DNA from: a virus
Direction: 5' to 3' (one strand)
Length of the DNA stretch: 64,000 nucleotides
Virus record (IMG/VR): IMGVR_UViG_3300047476_002124
Coordinates: 4,133-68,132 of that record
The position numbers were made by a program, and so were the translations under genes. Below are positions 47,601-56,954 of this stretch, one piece after another (positions within the stretch are counted from its first letter, which is position 1; each line of letters opens with the position of its first letter). The notes beneath the pieces are model-generated. The model was not told the origin of the DNA and did no database searches. It saw nothing but the letters and a program-made list of their open reading frames with translations.

Positions 47601-49471
47601 ATTTTTTTAGTACTGATGCAAGTCCCAAAAAATATGACAACTCAGAGGATTTAACAGGTAATGCGTTTTTAGATGGACTTGTCAGAGATAACACATGGGT
47701 CACAGTTCTTTTGGGAACCGCAATTTCATATGTTGTGACTGTTGGTGTAATTGCATTGTCTTTTGCCTCTGCAGGTTTTGCTGCACCATTAAGTTTTTTC
47801 TTAGTCAGAGGACTAGTTGGGTTAGGGGTTGCACCTTTTATTGCAACCTCAATAGGTAGATTATCATATAATGATTTGAGATATAAATATAATTCACCGA
47901 ATTTATACGCGTCACTAAGAACCAATCCTATGTTGTTCTCAAACAAATCTTTGAACGTGATGAGAACAGATAGGTTACCTTCTTCAGATGGACTTGATGG
48001 ACTTTCTTGGAGTGCTAACAATGTTGCGTTGTTACAACAAAATATCAACTTTAATTTTTATGAAGTTTCAAATCCTTTAGAAACATTTATCCCACAAGGA
48101 TTTCAGACAGATGCCGATGAAATTGGCCAAGATATTGAGGGTCAAATATATTCTGGTACTGTTTTTACAAGTTTCAGTTGTCCTGGTATGGTGTCATTGG
48201 ATTGTTATACGGGGTTCAGCAACAACTTTGGTGTAAACACTCAATGTTCACAAACGGACCAAGTGGTGAACGGATGTTATGTTCTATTTACAAGACCACT
48301 TTTGGGTTTAATCAGTGATTTAAGATATTTTACAGAGTGGGGTACTAGATATAAATTCTTTTATGCGATGTGTAGAGGAGTACTTTCTCAGTCGTTTACC
48401 AATAATTGGATTAATGGAACTTTGTTTGCATTTCCTATACAAGTAGACACAACGTTCAATTCACAGAATAAACCGAATGAACCTGTTTTTTGTAAAGACT
48501 TAGTTTTTTTTGATGATGATACAAATAATTTCTACTACAGAAGTAGTCCTTACGATATTGAAGATAATTTATTTCTTGGTAAGTTGTCAACAGAAGTAAC
48601 TGCTGTGAATCAGAGAAACCTATTATTTCCAACTACCATCATAGATTTAGGGTACAAAGATAATTTCTACTCTGAAATAACAATGAATCCGGAAACATCA
48701 GCATTTGTAATGAATAATTTGAATCCCACTAGTTATTCAGACCCATCTGACATTATAAATCTTTTTGTAATATCGAGAATATTAAATAGTTCATTTTTAA
48801 ATGGTGATTCGTTAAATAAACTGTTCAGTAGAAACGATTTAGTCAGAAATAAAAGGGTTGATGCCGATTTAGCACAAATGATTTCTATAAACTCAGAGGA
48901 AGGAGTTATCAAATTCAGTCCGGAGTATTATGATAGCTATACATCAAATAGTCCTGTAGGAGTCTACGGAACTGTTTCAAACCCAACGATTGGTATTTTC
49001 TACTCTTCAACAACAGAGAATCTACAATTTAAAGATTTTATAACACCAGGAAAAATTGACTTCAGGTCTTCACCAACAGCAAATTATAGTCCATATTATT
49101 TTGGTATAAAGAGTCAACTTGTTCCATTTTATCCTTGGAAATTACAATCATCGTCTCAGATATTTGGTACTGAAAAAAATAACTGGGTTACTACCGATAT
49201 TGTACAATATTATTATCAGTCATTAGATAGAACTGGTAGTCAATATTTCAAGGCGAGTGGAATTGTCAATGACCAAAATATGAGAGGATATATTTTCAAT
49301 GTTTATGATGATACGATAAACGTTGCGGGAGGTCAGTATAAATCTGTAGGACCCATACAAAATACAACGGGGTCATTTGTTGTTGGGGCACCTTTCCATT
49401 TTTATTTTGGAACAGTAGTCGGGGCATCAGCTTTGGATAAATTCAAAACAAAGTATCTTTCAGATGAGTAA
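44678..49471 (+). CDS. Large virion protein with N-terminal carboxypeptidase-regulatory-like beta sandwich and internal hydrophobic segments
   Basis: GVVVGRVTANNGFGIPNAKISVF...TNDSGDYMIMGIPLG; two long hydrophobic stretches; TATTTATA upstream; located in the baseplate cluster. Confidence 0.6.
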   Translation: MGQSLRIRSKLGINQTINVPLDQEYEFLEILSLKILQADIYTRSCADYGVVVGRVTANNGFGIPNAKISVFIPIQDEDLNNPLITSVYPYTVPTDKNDDGYRYNLLPYEKSYSKHAATGTFPTRLDALTDSTVIELVDKYYKFTVRTNDSGDYMIMGIPLGFQTLVMDVDLSDIGEFSLTPQDLIRMGLATESQVAGNQFKSSEDLESLPQIINITKTVEISPLWGEPEICQIAVNRVDFDLRDEANVDIQPTAVFMGSIFSNSEKYRVRKNCRPRDNTGELCSLQSGPGQILAVRQTIDQDVNGNPSLEQYQLEQSGNIIDEDGTWLTELPMNLEYVATNEFGEKVISYDPNIGIPTKAKYRFKVKWQQSNDLTLQTRRAYFIVPNVREYGWTGNADPYLTTPKTSDVYKQLKSSYYFGLDWSGYTNGFGILSNLKSDIVTNCEDSFYQMSYNKVYTVSSLIDQYKKGNRARFIGIKEIDDDDCADSVNKFPANEGYRNYDTIYFLVALFITLFQYVGQYLLILAHVVIGTIYQIIRLLSFNSISGGIPLRLPMITYPECENCECKGENVTTTLIDASGKGTLTPVSTPSKYYERFTEYLYDMNYQPSEDIPIIADLYSQAMGGNISSGVDTVYKVPKSDVLREVSEGNDRMFVWGMDLPLGERINIFNQRTSYFTGQNIMKVSFDAFNNLNSFHFDNTITVLSTVGYTAGQLLTTVDPTSTSDVNVRFTEVVSGQTLFGISGTSVTGPQQITVSYSDTTNQTIQRTTSYNLSTGTTIDRQIFPMDREYFQVVTAMTVSDYFDMISSSSGQNFPEVLNSQSVLRLMEQGVSDYRERNLGINNFLIANFYKEFDSQYVVILQRGVDPYSPLLNNKYNLGVIFGSDYNNPRYELTIQSRVNIPIQPKQNGQTIDNLTTQSGNFYQSNFFTIGNEFSAFTSSSVGYYGAIDASYTPTVDNLVSRFFNGLRGIVGRGDFFSTDASPKKYDNSEDLTGNAFLDGLVRDNTWVTVLLGTAISYVVTVGVIALSFASAGFAAPLSFFLVRGLVGLGVAPFIATSIGRLSYNDLRYKYNSPNLYASLRTNPMLFSNKSLNVMRTDRLPSSDGLDGLSWSANNVALLQQNINFNFYEVSNPLETFIPQGFQTDADEIGQDIEGQIYSGTVFTSFSCPGMVSLDCYTGFSNNFGVNTQCSQTDQVVNGCYVLFTRPLLGLISDLRYFTEWGTRYKFFYAMCRGVLSQSFTNNWINGTLFAFPIQVDTTFNSQNKPNEPVFCKDLVFFDDDTNNFYYRSSPYDIEDNLFLGKLSTEVTAVNQRNLLFPTTIIDLGYKDNFYSEITMNPETSAFVMNNLNPTSYSDPSDIINLFVISRILNSSFLNGDSLNKLFSRNDLVRNKRVDADLAQMISINSEEGVIKFSPEYYDSYTSNSPVGVYGTVSNPTIGIFYSSTTENLQFKDFITPGKIDFRSSPTANYSPYYFGIKSQLVPFYPWKLQSSSQIFGTEKNNWVTTDIVQYYYQSLDRTGSQYFKASGIVNDQNMRGYIFNVYDDTINVAGGQYKSVGPIQNTTGSFVVGAPFHFYFGTVVGASALDKFKTKYLSDE

Positions 49472-51182
49472 CCTTTATAGTATCATACCAAGTGTACAAC
49501 AATATAAGTCTGCACCCGCAGATGACCAGCAATTGCCAATTGTCTTGGAAGAACAAAGTCAAAACCTTGTTGAGTATGATAGAAGTACGAACGTAAGCTT
49601 AGCACAAGTTTTTGACGACGAAAGGCAAGAATCTACCGTATTCAGACCTACGTTCAAAGTGAGTTACTTATATTCTAATGTTTTTACTGGAACAACAAAT
49701 TATTTGCCGTTTCAGTACAACTTATTTTATGTTGACCCTGAGGGTTCATTATTTAATAATGTATGGAAAGGATATCCGCAATATTACGAGTTTGATTTTT
49801 TTAGAAATGATTTTGCGGATAGACACATCGATTATTTTGCAAAAAGTGCTTATACGTACAATTGGACATATAACATTTCTTACGCTTTCGAGAATGACTA
49901 CAAAAAAGAAATGTTTGCAGTATTAAATAACAATTCATTCAAATGGACTGCAGAGCAAGGTATTCCTTTTATAATTAAGAGAAGTACCCAAAACGGAAAT
50001 GGAATTATTTCTTTCGAATGTATTTGTCCTCATGGACTTACAGTTGGGGAGTCAGTAGAATTGATTATTAGTGATTCTGTATACAATTATAGACAAGAAA
50101 CCCTGTTTGAAGTCTATTCTTTAGGAAACGGACTTTTTGATAGTGATTTATACATATTTAATATCTACGACATAGGATTCACTGGTACAACATTAAATAA
50201 TAATGTCAAAGGGACATTCAAAAGAGTCATCAACTCTGAAAACTCTATAGAAACGAAATCCAAGTATTATGTTAGAAAACACAAGATATTACAGGATGTT
50301 GATAATATTATAGTGACAAAGACTGGATTTGAGAAACTACCTTTTGGAGAAGAAAGAAAGTTAGAGTTGAGTTCTATAACACCAAATCAGGTGACTAGAA
50401 TTTCTCAGAAAACAAGTTCTAATGTTTATACTTTTACGCCGAAAAGAGATATTGATTTAGGAAAATTAATCGATAATCAAAAAAGACCTGTGACTGAATT
50501 ATTTTTAACAATTATAAATCGAGGATACTCAGGATATTTCAATAAACCTACTAATGGAGTTGGGTTGAAACAAGGTTGGTTATTCAACATTACAAAATTT
50601 AATAATTCGTGGTGGAGCGATAACAACACACTTTCGAATTCTAATATAGGTGTGAGTTCTTATACACAAACAAACGGTGCAACAAAAACATTTTATTACA
50701 ACCAAACTTTGAAAATTGATGATGTTATAGATGGTGATTTTTGCGAATGGAATGACTACGAACAAATAGAAAGAGTTGTCTCACCATATTATCATAAGAT
50801 AAGATATAACCAAGATGTTTTTCAAACCGTTTCTTCTCCAAGTCCAAATACGGCTGGTTATTATTATAACCCCCACACGCAGATTACATTACGAGTTTTT
50901 TCTGATTACATTGAAACTGCCGATGTTGACGAAGTAGATAATGTTCCCACATATGCTTTTTATTCGAATACTGACCAAGAATTCAGATGGAGAGACATAT
51001 ACACTTATGGGTTTTTTGACCAAGAAGGAAGAGGTGTTGATTATCCTTTTTTTAACAAATCACACTACCCTTTTAAAAATACGATATTTAGATTAACCCC
51101 CGATGATAAAGGGTTTAACATAAACGACATAATACAAGGAACCGATGTTCCGGTGAAACCATTTATAGATGGGTGCGAATAA
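49464..51182 (+). CDS. Putative baseplate/virion structural protein
   Basis: 572 aa, overlapping neighbours in the structural operon; ERQESTVFRPTFK and FRWRDIYTYGF motifs. Confidence 0.55.
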   Translation: MSNLYSIIPSVQQYKSAPADDQQLPIVLEEQSQNLVEYDRSTNVSLAQVFDDERQESTVFRPTFKVSYLYSNVFTGTTNYLPFQYNLFYVDPEGSLFNNVWKGYPQYYEFDFFRNDFADRHIDYFAKSAYTYNWTYNISYAFENDYKKEMFAVLNNNSFKWTAEQGIPFIIKRSTQNGNGIISFECICPHGLTVGESVELIISDSVYNYRQETLFEVYSLGNGLFDSDLYIFNIYDIGFTGTTLNNNVKGTFKRVINSENSIETKSKYYVRKHKILQDVDNIIVTKTGFEKLPFGEERKLELSSITPNQVTRISQKTSSNVYTFTPKRDIDLGKLIDNQKRPVTELFLTIINRGYSGYFNKPTNGVGLKQGWLFNITKFNNSWWSDNNTLSNSNIGVSSYTQTNGATKTFYYNQTLKIDDVIDGDFCEWNDYEQIERVVSPYYHKIRYNQDVFQTVSSPSPNTAGYYYNPHTQITLRVFSDYIETADVDEVDNVPTYAFYSNTDQEFRWRDIYTYGFFDQEGRGVDYPFFNKSHYPFKNTIFRLTPDDKGFNINDIIQGTDVPVKPFIDGCE

Positions 51183-51966
51183 GTTTATATTAAGACAAGG
51201 ATTCTTTACTGACAAAGAACTAACGATACCTATCGAAGGTAAGTGGGATTTTGAAGGTATTGATGATGCAATTGACCAATATGAGCAAAATGCAATCAAA
51301 GAGGTTTTAGGTGGTGGATATGATTTTGAGGTTGATAGATTCCCACATGCACAACATAGTGGAAGTAGTAGAACAGATATAAATTATGAATTTTTCTTTT
51401 TCTCAGGGGGTAATTTGAGTTCACCTTCTGAATGGAGAAATACATACATCAGCGAATCTTTTACAGTACAAGATGTTTTTTATTATTCCGACAGCTTCGC
51501 TAAATCTTTTTTTAAACTAGACTTTTACGATACGGTAGATGAAAAAAATCAAAAAAATTATTTCACGATAATAATACCTACACAACAGGGTGAGTTTATG
51601 GATATAAACATGGCTAGAACCCCAGTCAGAATAAGAAAACCAAAATTCAAATTAGATTATATTGGAGATAAAGAAGGGTTTTTTATTTATTGGTTGAAAA
51701 GTTTGGAATTCATTCCTTTGAATACTTTCTACATGACGGCTAAGTTCTATAATGCAAAGACAGGAACTTTCACCAAAATGTTAAACAAACCACAATCGAC
51801 AATAAACAACAGTAACAAATTTATATTCGATAACATAGATTATTTCTATTACAGAGTAGTTTTAGATTACATTAATATACAATATATTGTTTATGACTTA
51901 CAAGGTAATAGAGTGGGTACAACAAGTACCATAAAATGGTATGAATACGTTAACCCTCCACAATAA
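51169..51966 (+). CDS. Putative virion structural protein
   Basis: 265 aa, translationally coupled; SFFKLDFYDT and FYMTAKFYNAKTG motifs. Confidence 0.55.
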   Translation: MGANKFILRQGFFTDKELTIPIEGKWDFEGIDDAIDQYEQNAIKEVLGGGYDFEVDRFPHAQHSGSSRTDINYEFFFFSGGNLSSPSEWRNTYISESFTVQDVFYYSDSFAKSFFKLDFYDTVDEKNQKNYFTIIIPTQQGEFMDINMARTPVRIRKPKFKLDYIGDKEGFFIYWLKSLEFIPLNTFYMTAKFYNAKTGTFTKMLNKPQSTINNSNKFIFDNIDYFYYRVVLDYINIQYIVYDLQGNRVGTTSTIKWYEYVNPPQ

Positions 51967-53045
51967 TGAGTGATTTATATAAAATAAGAATTTCGCCAGA
52001 AACTATAGTTGGTGATTTGTCTGAGGTTACTTATAGCGGACAAACATTTGGAGTATATTCAGCAATGACACAAGTTGTTAGTTCTGGACCTAATGGAAGT
52101 TCTTCACTAACAGGATTGACGATACCTATACTATTGAAACAAACATCACTCGATGCGGGTTATTATAGTCCATTTGATGGTGCAATATACCAAAAAGATG
52201 TGGTGACAAATTTTTTAGTTTCCGCGAATACAGTCAACCCATATACAATAAATTTATATAACACTTCGGAACAATATCAAAAGTTTATCGAGCTATCATC
52301 ATATAGTGTTGATTGGGGTGACGGAACTAAAGAGTCGATAACGGCATTCACACCAAACTATATTTCACATACATACCCAACATCAAATCAAGAATATACT
52401 ATCACATTATCACAGATTAATCCTTGGGGTAAAATTATTGTTGAAAAACCAATACGAACTCCTTACAAGACACCTGTAATATATAACCCTAAGGGGAGGG
52501 TATTTTTTCAACCTAATGTAGGAAGTTGGTCTGCAACACCTGTAAGTTATGACTATATATTCACAGGGGACCAGTACAATGAAGTTTCATATCAAGTGTC
52601 TTCTACATTTGGTAATGTTCCTTTCACAGTATCAGGAGAAACAAAATCAAGAATTACAGAACTCAGTCAGTATGGACCCACACCCTACAAAGTAGGTGTA
52701 CCTGTAATAAAAAACAGACAAGTTTTCGGTGTTGTAAATTCAATCACTCCAATATTCACAGCCTATACAATACAGGACGTGGATTATTATGATTATAAAG
52801 GTGGATTGACAATATATTTTGTTCAATCTTCAGGGTTCACGGAAGAAAATATTACGGAAGTTCCAATTACAAAAGACGAACTTCTTTTGAAAATAACTGA
52901 CCAAGGACAGATACAGACAGATGTTTTTGTGGAAAGAGGAAAAAATAGTGCTTTCGAAAGAATACAAAGATTAGGGGAGATAGATAATTTAGGAGATTTA
53001 ATTAACTATGGATATGGATTTTTTAACGTTGAAAAAAAGACATAA
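51966..53045 (+). CDS. Virion protein with PKD-like domain
   Basis: YSVDWGDGT...SHTYP...YTITL PKD signature; C-terminal DVFVERGKNSAFE. Confidence 0.6.
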   Translation: MSDLYKIRISPETIVGDLSEVTYSGQTFGVYSAMTQVVSSGPNGSSSLTGLTIPILLKQTSLDAGYYSPFDGAIYQKDVVTNFLVSANTVNPYTINLYNTSEQYQKFIELSSYSVDWGDGTKESITAFTPNYISHTYPTSNQEYTITLSQINPWGKIIVEKPIRTPYKTPVIYNPKGRVFFQPNVGSWSATPVSYDYIFTGDQYNEVSYQVSSTFGNVPFTVSGETKSRITELSQYGPTPYKVGVPVIKNRQVFGVVNSITPIFTAYTIQDVDYYDYKGGLTIYFVQSSGFTEENITEVPITKDELLLKITDQGQIQTDVFVERGKNSAFERIQRLGEIDNLGDLINYGYGFFNVEKKT

Positions 53046-53070
53046 ACTATTTATAGAAATAATATAAATT

Positions 53071-53979
53071 ATGGCAATTGGAACATATGGTACGGTAAGA
53101 CCAAGTGATGTATCTCCCGAAGACGTGGAGATAATTATGAACTATACCCCATCGAGAGATGTGACCACAGAGTTTGTGTTAAAACAACTTAGCTCTACAA
53201 CTTTATTACGTCCATATTTTAACAACCCCTCAACAGGAGGAAACGACGGTGTTGAGGTTTTGGGTGGACTATATAATTTAACATTACCTGCGGAAGAGTT
53301 TAATGCCTTAGGTTTCTACACATTATATCTGAGACCAAAACAGATAAGAACAAGTATCACGGATTGTGGAGTTTTGAGTGCATTACCAAACGTTAAGGGT
53401 ATTGTTATCGATTTATCGAACGTTCCTACTAATTCGATTAATAAATTTGTTCCCCAAGGTTTAGTCGGATATAGGATAGAGTATCTAAATAATGACGGTT
53501 CTAAAATACCAAATTTTTTCAGAATAGTTACATCTTGTTTCTATTGTGAGCCTGTTTTAACAAATCAAACAAATACAAATCAAAAATCAATTAGATATAG
53601 ATATGTTGATGGGCAGTCAAACTTATTGTTCTTAACAGTATCACCATCATCTTCACCTACAAACAAACCAAACGCAACTCCATTTATAGGGCAACCTGGC
53701 CAAGATATTATCATAACAAATACCTTTTTTAATCCAGTTACTGTTGATATCGAAATGGTTGAATACGACATATCATCTCTTGCAATCGCATTGTACGGTA
53801 ACCAAACTAAATCGATTGATGACGGTATCTATACTATTTACGATTCTGATAATAACATTTACAGACAATACAACTTGTATGAGATAAGAAATCAATTCAA
53901 TGAATTATTATATGAAGTTAGACAGAATAGGGGGAATGATATAGACTTCAGTAAAAATTTTAACACTATAATAACCTAA
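53071..53979 (+). CDS. Putative baseplate structural protein
   Basis: 302 aa; TATTTATA upstream; GLYNLTLPA..F...GFYTLYLRP. Confidence 0.55.
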   Translation: MAIGTYGTVRPSDVSPEDVEIIMNYTPSRDVTTEFVLKQLSSTTLLRPYFNNPSTGGNDGVEVLGGLYNLTLPAEEFNALGFYTLYLRPKQIRTSITDCGVLSALPNVKGIVIDLSNVPTNSINKFVPQGLVGYRIEYLNNDGSKIPNFFRIVTSCFYCEPVLTNQTNTNQKSIRYRYVDGQSNLLFLTVSPSSSPTNKPNATPFIGQPGQDIIITNTFFNPVTVDIEMVEYDISSLAIALYGNQTKSIDDGIYTIYDSDNNIYRQYNLYEIRNQFNELLYEVRQNRGNDIDFSKNFNTIIT

Positions 53980-56954
53980 TGGCCACACCCAGAAGTAAAT
54001 ATTTTTATCCACCTAGACCAGGTAATGGTGCGGGTACATTCTCCGATGAAATTGTTGGATTACAAACAGTTACGGGTGGAGGACTTACGCAAGGTAATTT
54101 CGAATTTACAACAAACGTTGTTGAGAAGGTTAACAGAACATTCAACGTAGGGGCTTTTTCAGCACCTATAAGTTTGGAAGACCTTAACGTCGATAGTTTA
54201 TTACAAGGAAATACAATACTTGAAACTCAATTCAGAGTTTATCCAAAGTATGATATATCACAAGTACTCAACTTTTCGATGTATGGTTCATTGGTCAAGA
54301 GATTCAGCGTCTCCGTGACTAAAATTATCAATTATTTTCCAGCGTCTTTAGACATTTTAAATACGCAGTTAAATCTCACAACAGGTGCCACTGCAGTTAA
54401 TATTTCATTTGACCCTGTTGAAAACGAAACTTATTTTGAAATCAATGTTGATAGGATTCATAATCCTTTTGATATTGACTATACAGTCAATGCAATCACC
54501 AATCTAAGTGTTAGAGAAATAGAGGTTTCAAAATATAGAAATTTGTATAACACATATTTGGATTATGCGGTTAATGTAAACGGAGTTGAATACAAAGTAG
54601 AATCTTTTTCACCTTCAATATCGTTTACTGCAGGAACGATAGCATTTTATGTTTCTGGTTCACCATTCGGAATGACCGCAACTACTTGGTATGAAGATTT
54701 TTATGTCAAACCAAACTACTTTATAACAGACAAAGTATTTGAAGAAGATTTCGATGAAGTTGAAAAGTTCATTCTTAATAGATTAATCAATCCGATTTAT
54801 ACCGCAATATTCCAAGTTCCACAACAAAATGACGATGGACAATTCTACATAGACAATAGACAAGTAACATGGCCTAAAGACGGAGAGTGGAACTTAGATA
54901 TCAGGTCAATTGAGTTCGATTCCTATCTAACACAACTACAATCTATTGCCGGAAATTTAGATGAATTCAAAACCAATTTAATTTCTAGATTTTTAATCTC
55001 GGGTTCTCTGAAAGACTTCGATACCATGGGACAAAAAGCGGAGAAAATATTTCAAATTTACGGACGAAGTTTCGATGAAATAAAAAAATTTATTGATGGT
55101 TTGGCCTATATTAATTCAGTAAACTATAATCCGGGTAATGATATACCGTCACAATTATTATTCAATCTAAGTCAAACATTAGGTTGGAGTAGTAATTTTT
55201 CACCAATTACCAACGAGAATTTTTTGGAAAGTGTTTTTGGAAATCAAGCGGTGAATGAATATCCAGGATACTCTAGGTCGCTCACACCAACTGAACTTAA
55301 CTATGCTTTTTATAGAAATTTAATTATAAATTCATCATATCTTTTTAAGTCCAAAGGGACAAGAAGGTCTATTGAATTTCTTTTAAGATTAATTGGTGCA
55401 CCTGAGTCATTGGTTGAATTTAATGAGCACGTTTATTTGGCAGACCAAAAAATCAATATGGAGAGTTTTAACTCCCAGTATGCACAGATATCAGGAGGTA
55501 CATATAATCAAGAATTACCTGCATTATCCGAAGGAGATACCTACAAAATCAAAGGACAAGTATTTACCGCTTTTACAACAACGGACATATTCCAACCGGT
55601 AATAGTAACAAGGGGAGAATATCCTGTTGATGATGAGGGATACCCTAAAGCGCCTGATGAAACAGAAGAAATGTTTTTTCAAAAGGGGGCTGGTTGGTAC
55701 GAATGTACTCCACAACATAGAAGTCCTGACCAAGTTGAAGTAACAGGATTGGTTTACACAGGACAAAACTATAACATACAGACACAACTACAACCCTTTA
55801 CTTATGGTCAAAAATATTTGGATGTCTATAGAGATTTTCCATATATGAGGGAAGGGTTTAAGATGAGAAAAATTGTTGACAACAACAAATCATGGTTGGC
55901 AACAGACGATAAAGTAAGAATTTCAAATCAAGCTGATTACAACGCATACTACTTTGTTGATAACGAAAAATTAATAATCAACGTTAAAAATATTGAACTC
56001 AATTTGAATCCTGGGCAAGGACTCGCATACGACGTATGGGACCAATCTGTAAAATATGATTATCCAATACCCGAGTCGGGGTTCACAATTGATTTTCCTG
56101 TACCTGGCGGAGTTGATTCTACATTCGTAAACCCAGAACCAAAAAAGAAAACATTTTTTGAATTTCTTCAAACGTTTTGGCTCAACATGGTCAACACTAG
56201 AAATAGACAATTTATTACAGATGGTAAGACAGGAGGATATCCAAATCTACAATCTATTTTCTGGAAATACATCGAATCAGAACAAGCGGTCGGTATTCCA
56301 AATAACAAGTACACATACCAAAAATTGATTGATTATGTACAGGGAATGGGACCATACTGGATGAAGCTCATAGACCAAATGGTGCCGGCAACCTCAATAT
56401 GGACAACAGGTGTTAAATTTGAGAACTCGATTCTACATAAACAAAAATTTGTATATAGAAGACAAAGAGGTTGTGAGTTAGTACCCGTACCGGTTGCACC
56501 ATGTTCAATAATAACAAACATATTTGACTATACATGTAGTACTGATTATGTGGATTTCTTTATATATCCATGGTTAAATGGAGATGTTGATGTTTCTAAT
56601 TTCAGTTCGATATTAAATAACAGAGTCAACAATTATTTATTACAAGAAGGGTTAACACTTTCTGATTGTAATTTGAATTCTTTAAAAACAACATGGTTTG
56701 TTGATTTAAGATTGGAAAACCAAATTTTGATTCAGTATCAGTTTTATATTGGATATGGACAAAGTGACGTACCAACAAATACACAATGGAAAGATGCCTT
56801 AATAACTAGCTTACCCCAATTAAGTCAATATAGTTTGGGATATTTTTTAAATGGAACTATGCTTACAATATCCAATTTGACAATGACACCTTTGAATTTG
56901 GGAGAATTACTTTCTCTGAATGTTGGTATAAACATCGAAATTAATTGCGTTTAA
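53979..56954 (+). CDS. Baseplate wedge protein (T4 gp7 / P2 gpI-like)
   Basis: IPSQLLFNLSQTLGW and YLFKSKGTRRSIEFLLRLIG motifs. Confidence 0.6.
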   Translation: MATPRSKYFYPPRPGNGAGTFSDEIVGLQTVTGGGLTQGNFEFTTNVVEKVNRTFNVGAFSAPISLEDLNVDSLLQGNTILETQFRVYPKYDISQVLNFSMYGSLVKRFSVSVTKIINYFPASLDILNTQLNLTTGATAVNISFDPVENETYFEINVDRIHNPFDIDYTVNAITNLSVREIEVSKYRNLYNTYLDYAVNVNGVEYKVESFSPSISFTAGTIAFYVSGSPFGMTATTWYEDFYVKPNYFITDKVFEEDFDEVEKFILNRLINPIYTAIFQVPQQNDDGQFYIDNRQVTWPKDGEWNLDIRSIEFDSYLTQLQSIAGNLDEFKTNLISRFLISGSLKDFDTMGQKAEKIFQIYGRSFDEIKKFIDGLAYINSVNYNPGNDIPSQLLFNLSQTLGWSSNFSPITNENFLESVFGNQAVNEYPGYSRSLTPTELNYAFYRNLIINSSYLFKSKGTRRSIEFLLRLIGAPESLVEFNEHVYLADQKINMESFNSQYAQISGGTYNQELPALSEGDTYKIKGQVFTAFTTTDIFQPVIVTRGEYPVDDEGYPKAPDETEEMFFQKGAGWYECTPQHRSPDQVEVTGLVYTGQNYNIQTQLQPFTYGQKYLDVYRDFPYMREGFKMRKIVDNNKSWLATDDKVRISNQADYNAYYFVDNEKLIINVKNIELNLNPGQGLAYDVWDQSVKYDYPIPESGFTIDFPVPGGVDSTFVNPEPKKKTFFEFLQTFWLNMVNTRNRQFITDGKTGGYPNLQSIFWKYIESEQAVGIPNNKYTYQKLIDYVQGMGPYWMKLIDQMVPATSIWTTGVKFENSILHKQKFVYRRQRGCELVPVPVAPCSIITNIFDYTCSTDYVDFFIYPWLNGDVDVSNFSSILNNRVNNYLLQEGLTLSDCNLNSLKTTWFVDLRLENQILIQYQFYIGYGQSDVPTNTQWKDALITSLPQLSQYSLGYFLNGTMLTISNLTMTPLNLGELLSLNVGINIEINCV

